A stretch of 50,990 bases of DNA, the filler included, from Catajapyx aquilonaris (lineage: Eukaryota), in the NCBI GenBank assembly GCA_000934665.2. It is 2 parts of 2 records of this genome, joined end to end, with 100 filler letters (N's around TTAATTAATTAA, not from the genome) between each part and the next. Parts side by side here need not be neighbours in the genome. Positions count along the whole stretch, not along the records: positions 25,548 to 50,990 come from JYFJ02005363.1; 1 more part is not named here. One strand, given 5' to 3'. Shown piece by piece: positions 42,559 through 50,990 of this stretch. Position 1 is the first letter of the stretch, and each line of letters starts with the position of its first letter. A program made the position numbers and the translations under genes. The notes below the pieces were generated by a model that saw only the letters and a program-made list of their open reading frames with translations, had not been told where the DNA came from and ran no database searches.

Positions 42559-44796
42559 ACATTAACTGCTGCACCAAAGCCTGTTTGTTGTTTTTATAAT
42601 AAGTGTGACAAGTGTACAGGATCAACAGTATTGTTTATTTAAAAACATTCGACTCTGGGGAATCTTTTTTCTTTTGTTGTAATATTATTCAGGGATGATA
42701 TTAAAAGTGTTTTTATACCATAAATTTATTGTGTTTTTACCCGTACCCTTATCAGCATTAAACAATGCCATCCCCGATTTGACAGGATCTGATGAGATGT
42801 GATGAACCCGGGCATTTGACAAGGTCATATACCCAGTGGAGAATATTCATCCCCCACCCCCCTTCTTGGCCTCTCCCCATCCCAATCTAAGCCTTGCCTG
42901 CATATCTCCCTTTTGTGTCTGGACCTACCTGGTAGACAGACATGCATTTTAACAGTGCACTGGTCGTGATGAAGCATAGTGCAGGACAAGTACAGGTAAA
43001 TGGGCACACCATTTAGATGGGGGGCCATACTTGCTGCACTCACAGGGGCAATAACTACTGAAGGTCACTCATTTTCAGTTATTATTGCGCAACATTATTT
43101 TAAATATTGATGTGCGGGAGTAATGAGTCAGCACTCGGCAGACTGAAGCTTGAGGTGCTCTTCTCATCTGCCTTCGAAGTGAAGGGTTCACATTGGTCTG
43201 GTGAGCAGCATTTCTCGTGATTGCGTATTAATCATGTGCATTTGCTTGGTGGCATCTGACTGGAGTTTGATCATAATTTTAGATTCTTCCAACTGGGCTT
43301 TCTTCACTGGCACTTCATACAAGAACAGGATTGGACCGGACGGAACGGAACCAGCACATAACTCGTATCATTTTACGCCGAGCTTGGTTGCATGTTTCTA
43401 GTAGTTAACCTCCTGTGTCGTAGATCTGCTGTTGGACGTGGCGCATGTTGTGGAAGTGTGGTTTTATTTGCCCCGGGGACAGTCTCGAGCTCCGTGTGTG
43501 GTGGCTTAACAATGTGTGGTTTGTGTTGTTCGCATGCTATTTTGGGCGAGGGAAAAAACTGTAGGGAAACTGCTTCCCATTGGTATTGTACTAGTACAGT
43601 ACTCATCAACCCACCCCATTTTGCTGATTTTGACTGTCTAATGCTTTCCAATTAGTAGTTGCAAGATGCTGCTGGAGAAGATGTGGCGGCTGGCCTGCTC
43701 GATCATTGCTGGAGAATGCGAATGTGATGGTCGTGGTGGTTGTTTGCAGTCTGATCTAATGTGGATGAGTTTCAGGTGGACAGACTGATGGACGTTCAGG
43801 AAGAATTTCAACGAGGTCGTGATTCACCATGACTGAAAACAAAGCAGCGCATCGATTGCATCAGATAACAAACTTGGATTGACGAAGGATTTTCCGAGAA
43901 CTGTGCTACGCATTTGAGTTAAATGATGGAAGGAAGAACTCTGGACATCACTGAAGGTCAAGCATGGTCAACCGAGAAGCTTGAGAGCAAGAATGTTGAT
44001 GTGAGTGATCATTTAATCGAAATCCTTTCAGGGCACCCACAATATGGTTGTCCCATTACAACAGTTAATTAGCAATCTAGAGGATCTCATTATTGCCTGC
44101 CAAAATCCCTATTTGACTGGGGGAAATACCACCGCTTGTCGCTTGAGACCAACAAATGCACTTGGGGAAGTAAGACGATACTGTTGTATTAATTTATCTG
44201 CAACTCAGCATCACAATTAAAATTTGCATTGAGATTAAAATTTTTTGACCATCTTCCAGTAAGCTATTGACTAATTATTCGTGTAATAGAGTTGGGTGAT
44301 GAAAACTTGACCTTGGCGCACTGATGAGACCCTATAATTGAGGAACCACATTAAACAACAGCTGATCTGCATCTTGGTCTGTTAAATGGGCCAGTAGGGA
44401 GTTAATAAATGAAGTAGTATGATCAGCACATGTAATAGTGGTGCTTGTGGTATCCCAAGAATGTGTGGCATCCATCAGTGTCATCATTGCAAAGGTGGCA
44501 GGAAAGGTGACAATATGTTGTGGCTACACAATAGTGTGAATTAAAAGTGAAGCCGACTGATCAAATGTATTCATTTTCAGATGAATCCAGGCCAGATAAA
44601 TCAGCATAAACCCCCATCCAGAATATAGAAGAACCTTCAAGAATGGGGACTATTTGACCGACATCGTGAGGCAACAGACTGCATACGCGCCTATCAGCCA
44701 ATCGCTGCCTCTCAATTTGCCTCCCAATTCGACCCAATTTGGATTAGAGCCCAGCTCATCAGTCTTGCTTCGCTCTTCAGACCACGATTGGATTGC

Positions 44797-45033
44797 TGCT
44801 GTCAGCTGGACTCCTGATGGGTGAAGGACTCCGCACAGTACGGCATATAAGCCGCAAGAGTGACTTCCTTGGGTCACCATCAGAGTTTACAACATCCAGA
44901 GCCATGCATCATGTGGGTCCGACCCTAACTCGAGCTGGATATCTGAGGACTCGACAACCTGATTGTGAAGGGACCACTCTTGTGAGACTGGCACACACCT
45001 TCATCAGGTTTTATCTTCGGTAGGATAATGAAA
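44797..45033 (+). repeat. Diverged dispersed repeat, copy A; partners at 47622-47798 and 48896-48935
   Basis: GAGTTTACAACA(T/C)CCAGAGCCATGCATC...GACCACTC(T/A)TGTGAGA...GGCACACACCTTCA...GGTAGGAT is shared with 47622-47798. TGCTGTCAGCTGGACTCCTGA..GTGAAGGACTC is shared with 48896. Confidence 0.85.
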
Positions 45034-47621
45034 GGTAGTTACTAACAAAGTCAATTGTTTCAGGGTTGCTGTGGCTGGTGATGTCTGCTGCCCACCTGCA
45101 CTGCAACATGGCAATGTTTTGTCCATTAGATGACGGCCTAAGTGGTGGATAGATAGTAGCATGAAGGTCAACGCAAGTGCTCTATTTCGGTAGGGGTCAA
45201 GTGATTGGTTTCACTAGTAATTGGCACAATATATATTTGCAAAGGAATTTTGTATAATCTACAGAAAAACTGGGCACCTTGTGTATTTGTCAAGAAGGAA
45301 GAGTCACAGATGGAAGAATGAATAAGAGACAGCTGTCACTATTTCTGGTCCAGATGACCTGACGGATAGTGTGCAGAGAGGAGATTATATACGACCTGGT
45401 GCTAACCATACCTCGATGACCTCCGAGATGAAATGTCTGCATGCCTGCTGCCAGAGGACGGATCTCTCAAGCCGGAGGGCAACCCCTGGCCAAGATAAGT
45501 TGAAGGATGATGATTCCACAAGCTATTTTATTAATTTTCCAGTGCATTAATTTCTCAGATGGGGCGGGGAATGGGAGTTGGTACACTTGGTCTCATCCTG
45601 GAAGCGTTTTTCTCACCAGGTCCTCCGACAATGGGACAGCCATCCCCAGCCAATGGTAGCAGGTCGACTGTACTGACCTCGCCTTACCGAATTGGACCTC
45701 CCCTTGCAGCATGCCTGTAGGCTTCCCCTTGTGGGAGACGAAAGAATGGGATCAATGCCCCACCGCAGGATGATGACCCTTATTCCTCCTCTCCACTCCC
45801 AGCACTTGCACACAGGGTGATCCACTAACACATGAGGGCTACTAATGTTGTAGGAATTCTGCTAAAGGGGTGGCAGCTGTGCACTGCATAGTTAACTGCG
45901 CTGCATGATGGACTGCTATTTTGCTGATGTATGGTTTGATGCACCCACTTTCACCTGTTCCTTCACATACCCCAAGACATAACAGATCCCTCTCTGAAAG
46001 TAATGCACTTCTTCCCCCCTAAGCGTCTGCCTTCTCCAAAAACTACAGTAAGTGAAAGGGACTGTTGCAATAACCTGGACTTTTCTCATTATGTTGGTGT
46101 TTCAGAGAATAGTTCAGCTGCAAGAATCCCAGCTGGAGGATGGTCCTGTTTCCTCACTGCACTTGCCTCGTCCGCAGTTGCTCTCTACAAGAGAAGTTTG
46201 GATACGGATTCAGCGAAGGTAATTATTGAACTTTCAATTTTGCCCAATCAGACATTATTCTTAGGTAATGGTGCATTACGATTTCATGATTTCATTGCTG
46301 ATGGTAATTCTCAATCAGGCTGATTTATAAGTGACTGCCTCAACATTGGAACACATGTCCAGTACCTAAAGCTGCTTATCAATGGCCAGGGGCGTCATTG
46401 TCACAAAGAGCAATGCGATGACCTTGGCCAACTCCGTACATGGCATGATGCTTAAGAGGAGCAAGGACCAAACTTACTTATTCCATGCAACCTTGTAACA
46501 TCCTCATTGCTCTGCATATCTCAGCTGGCCAAGAACTTGATGTCCGTGAATGACCTTCTGGACACGCGTTGTTGACATCCGAGTTGGACATTGCCTGAAT
46601 CTCAGCAGTTAAGATGACTTGCTGTTATTTACAGAGATGTCATTGAATATACGTAAGGTGGTACATTGAATTAGGCTAATTTCTTCTGCAGGAACCAGCA
46701 TCCATAAAATGACATGGTCGTCTTGCATCCATTCTTTGTTTGGCTTCCTGGAGCAGGAGAAGCTGGAAGCTCAAGGAGCCAAAGAGGAGGCAAAGTTGGC
46801 CCAGTAATGTGCAGTAATGGAGGCAGAAGCTGGAGGAGGAGGCTGCAAGGAAGGCTGAGGAGAGAGCAAAGAAAGCCAAGGATGAGACAACAGAGAGCAG
46901 CAGAAGCGGCGACGATGGCTGAAGAAAGGTCCGAGAAGGAAGCGGCAACCCTCTCTTCATATGCCGGCTACTGCAGGACACATGATGGCAAGGACTTGAG
47001 TTGTGTGTGATGACCTTGGCTGCTAACAGGTGCAAATAAGGGACAAATAATTGCATTGCAATCTCCTCTTCGTAGGCATTCCCTTTTGTCCAGTTTAACT
47101 GACAAACATTGCTTATTTGACAAGCAGTGTTGTTTAGAGTCGAAAAATGATAGAAAATTCACCCTCACCACATAGGTTGGGCAGTGCCTAATTGAGGGGG
47201 GTTGTAAGATCTGTTTAACAGCTGATGGCAATAGGCGAGTGATCTGTGTTGGGTCTTGCATCTCGGATCTGCCTACTACAATACCAACCGGAAGCTTGCA
47301 TCCTGAGAGGGACACACTGTCCGGCCATCAGCTAGAAAATTCTCTTTTGAATAAAGCCAACATTGAGCGTGATCAGCATTTACTTTGAATGAATCCGAAG
47401 GGTCTTTAGGACAGTCACTATAGTTTGACTGGACAGAAGAATATGCCGACTTACAATCCATACCATTGTAGAAAATGTTTCGTTAAATGGTACTAATAAT
47501 GGACTGGGAGGCTGGGGTTGGGGAAGGTTTTTTTACTTTTGTATTTCCCAGGAAGTGGCAGGATTCCTCGATGGATGGCAGCCAATGAGAACCCAGAGGG
47601 CAGCCACTTGCAAGACCCAAG

Positions 47622-47798
47622 TGACCTCCTTGGGTATCATCCGAGTTTACAACACCCAGAGCCATGCATCTTGTGGGCCCATCTTGGTCCGACCCTATTA
47701 GCTAGCGATCTGATGACTCGGAAACCTGACCACATGAAGAGACCACTCATGTGAGATGGCACACACCTTCAGGTTTTATTTTTGGTAGGATGGTGAAA
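47622..47798 (+). repeat. Diverged dispersed repeat, copy B
   Basis: Colinear with 44861-45033, with indels. Confidence 0.85.
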
Positions 47799-48269
47799 AT
47801 TTATATCTGTACTAATTACATTTTGCTTTGAAGGTCATAGTTGACTGGCCATTTGACATTCAATATTACAACAATTTTGACATGTCCATATCGTCAGTTG
47901 CGTCTAAATTTCAGATAAATGCATAGTGTGCAATTACAAAAGTCATTTTCTTCACTCTTGACTGCACCTCTTGGATGCGCAGAATACCGGCTAACCATAG
48001 CATAGTGGTGACCTGTTGGTCTCCAACCTGAAGAGCTCCATCCCTGTCCACAGTGGGCAGGTGTGCAGACTGAGGATGCATCTCAATCTGGATGGAAACC
48101 CATGGCAACCAGGACCTGAATGATGGGATTTCGACACGGTAATAATTTCCAATGCTGTGACTTTACATTGATTTCTATCAAGGGTAATGGGTCCTTGTCT
48201 GGGTCGAATGCTGTCTGTGAGTCTTATTCATCGGGTTCGAGGCAAGCAGCACGGGTACTCTGCCACCTG

Positions 48270-48500
48270 ATGGCGGCAACACCTGATGAGGTCATCGTTC
48301 ACGCCATCCAACCTCACATTGTTCATGGGACACTACAAATTTAATTTGGTGAGCAAAGGTCATTTATAGGCATAGCCACAGCTAATTAGGAATTTGCATG
48401 TTGTCGTCATAATTATTTCAACGATAGGTGGATTTTTATTTTTCAATTCCCTTGCTAGTCTAATATTATTGCTTCCAAAGAGTGTGGCAGTGGCATTGCA
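48270..48500 (+). repeat. Diverged dispersed repeat; partner at ~50750-50980
   Basis: TACAAATT...TGGTGAGCAA...CATTTATA...CCACAGCTAATTAG.AATTTGC...GTCATAATT...ATTCCCTTG..CTAGT is present in both places. Confidence 0.8.
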
Positions 48501-50749
48501 TGCCTTTGGATGCTCCACCGTTTGACCATCTCTAGACGGGACCAAGCCACATCATGTCATGCATGGACTCAGACCAAGGATGAAGAAGAAGAGGAGGCGG
48601 AAGGGACACTTTTCCTCGCTGCTTGTGCCTTTTGTTGGGCACATTTGTTGGGCACATTTGTTGGGTTATTGAGTGTATGTGTCATTTGCTTGGCACTCAT
48701 TACAATGCTGCATCGATATATGCATATCAATAGGGTAAAGTGGCCACTTGAAATGTTTTGCTGCATGATGGGTATTGGGTGTTGCATTGTGTTGTTGTCA
48801 CTAACTATTTCTGCACCAATATCTTGACATGTTTTTAATTGCTACATGAGTGATTCATATGACCTAATGTGTGTTCAGTGTAATTTTAGGTCACTGCTGT
48901 CAGCTGGACTCCTGAGGAGTGAAGGACTCAGTACAGCACATAGTAAATGTTTAATTTATTAACTTTTTCGCGTTCTAGGATTCTGATGAGATAATGGACC
49001 CCAGCTTAATAACCAGCTGTAGATCCTGGCAAATATGAAGCAGAGCAAGAGATGTGGTTACAAGCCCTTTTCACACCTGGTGTTCATCCCATATTACACA
49101 GCCTTGGGACCTCGTAGCCAACCCTGCTGCTGCTTCACCGCATCTTCGTAAGGATATGACTCAACAAGCCGGCAGTCACTGCAGACAAAAAAGAAGGCGT
49201 AGCCGTGCAGAGTGAGATGAAGTAGTTGTGCTGCAGAACATTTCATTATTCCAAGAACATTTCTTTCAGGGAAGAAGTGACTAGACGAACATCAGGTGGC
49301 AATAATCAGGGTTACAACATGCCAACCCCCTCTTCAGAAGACAGCTATTGAAGTCCATGAAAGTACATCTAGTCGTCTGTGATCCCTTGGATAATAATCG
49401 CTGTGCGCATCAGGGGTATGCAGCTGTGTAGTCCACCTGCATCTTGGACTGACCTGGTGATGTGGTGTCCCTCTGCCCAGTGACCTCCCACGTAAACAGT
49501 GAATCCAACCCGTCTGTTTTAGATGATGTCATAAGATGCTTCGTGATCCAGACTACAACCATAATGTGGAGGAACGCCAACATGAGCCCTGCGACATCTC
49601 AACCAAAAGTGATGTGCGGATGGAAGCATGAGGCTGAGGCAACAGTTCCTTTGTCTCCAGACGACTCACGAACCTGCAGGCATGACAGGAGTAGCTCTGC
49701 TGCTCTCTTCAGATTAGTGAAACTGAGACCATTCACGGTTTTCCCTTCCTAATAATATTTTATGATCATTTGTTTCAGGATTATGGCGACTCGGGTGACC
49801 GCCACTGCAACCCTCTCTCCAGATGACGGCAAAGGAAACCTGGGAAGATCTGCATAAGGACTTTATCTTTGAGGACTGGAAAAGGCATGGGGCTTCAATG
49901 ACTGCAGAGAAAGATGATGGAGAATGGACTGGCATGTGGTTCAAGCCAAGAGGTCTGATTGCAAGAGTGTGAGGGTGAGTGGTCCTTTAAAGCCCATTAG
50001 TAGTTAAACACCTTTGAGGAGTGAGGCGTTCCCTCCTTTCCAGTTTCACAGTCCAAGTGTAGTGCACAATGCGAAACCATTGCGTTCGATTGGGTTACAA
50101 GGGCTGTTCTGCAGCTGATGATGAACAGGATGGAAATGCCTATAATACCAGCCGGCAGGTTGCCTCCAGCTAGTGCCCTCATCCAACTCATATGGGTCAT
50201 TTTTGTGTCAATTTGCTCTCCATGTAAAAGGCTGGTGAATTTGGAGGGAAGAGTACGCCTCCATGTAGTACTTCTTGCATTGCAGATAATTCAGGAATTG
50301 TCAATTGATTTTAATGGAAGTGGAAGGTGCGGAGTTGGGGGGGAAGGGTTGGGTGCAATTTTGCCCTTTACAGGAAGGGTGAAGCTGTCTGGAGAGGTCA
50401 AGGGTCACTGTGCCATCCACACCTGATGTCTAGTCCGGATCGGGATGCCTGCAAGCGAGCCATGGTGGTGTGTAGCTGCGATGCAGCCAAGCCAACGGTG
50501 GGTCTTCCGGGTCCCATACGCTGGGAGGAGCTGGTGGCATTTTTTCTCTCCATTGTAATGGAAGGTTGCAAGCATTTACATACCTTGAGTTATTGTGGTT
50601 TGGCACATAATTTTACTAATTGCATTATTTTTTACATGTGGTGTGCAATAACGTTTGGGACGTTGATGGTCCAACTCTTCCATGCCAACTTGCTGCTGCC
50701 TTCATGGGAGCCTGCCTTTGAGACTGCTTTCAAACAATCAGCAATGGCA

Positions 50750-50980
50750 CTCGGAAACACTCCTGCATCACCTGAGGTCAACAGTCTTTCGTCATGCCTC
50801 CAACATAACGATGTTCTGGGGCCATTACAAATTAGATCTGGTGAGCAAGTGTCACATTTATAAAAGTATCCACAGCTAATTAGAAATTTGCCCGATGATG
50901 TCATAATTGCCAGTTAATGGGTTGACTTGTATTTGCAAATTCCCTTGTGCTAGTTTTATTGCTTAATGAGTGTGACATCA
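50750..50980 (+). repeat. Diverged dispersed repeat; partner of 48270-48500
   Basis: Colinear shared blocks as listed for 48270-48500. Confidence 0.8.
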
Positions 50981-50990
50981 CAATATGCCT

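Noticed and set aside
50327..50863. 178-aa plus-strand ORF
   Set aside because: Non-ATG start, no recognisable domain, and it overlaps a decayed repeat copy.

Overview
Eukaryotic, gene-dense arthropod-type genomic DNA with short (~55-100 nt) spliceosomal introns; no prokaryotic features and no CRISPR array. Gene models were built by hand from splice sites and remembered protein families. In order: GAS8/DRC4 (-, runs off the left edge), Derlin-1 (+), MPND (-), La/SSB (+), a CCDC73-like coiled-coil gene (-), WDR86 (+), sulfakinin precursor (+), an assembly gap with an artificial TTAATTAATTAA spacer, a CLCA-family gene (-), a 6-exon Cys-rich secreted/GPI-like protein gene nearly invisible in the ORF track (+), a C2H2 zinc-finger gene (-), CDK8 (+) with an intronless 510-aa LRR-like gene nested on the same strand in intron 7, NDUFB4 (-) and cathepsin L (+). 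The last ~8 kb is decayed, internally duplicated sequence. Several MITE, SINE and Helitron-like fragments lie in introns. Most notable: the nested BC-box/LRR-like gene in CDK8, a tandem array of RFX X-box-like motifs in a Helitron-like intronic element, the divergent CLCA (HExxH lost) and orphan GPI-like gene pair, and a GC-AG intron in WDR86. None of these is proven to be a new system; family calls need database confirmation.
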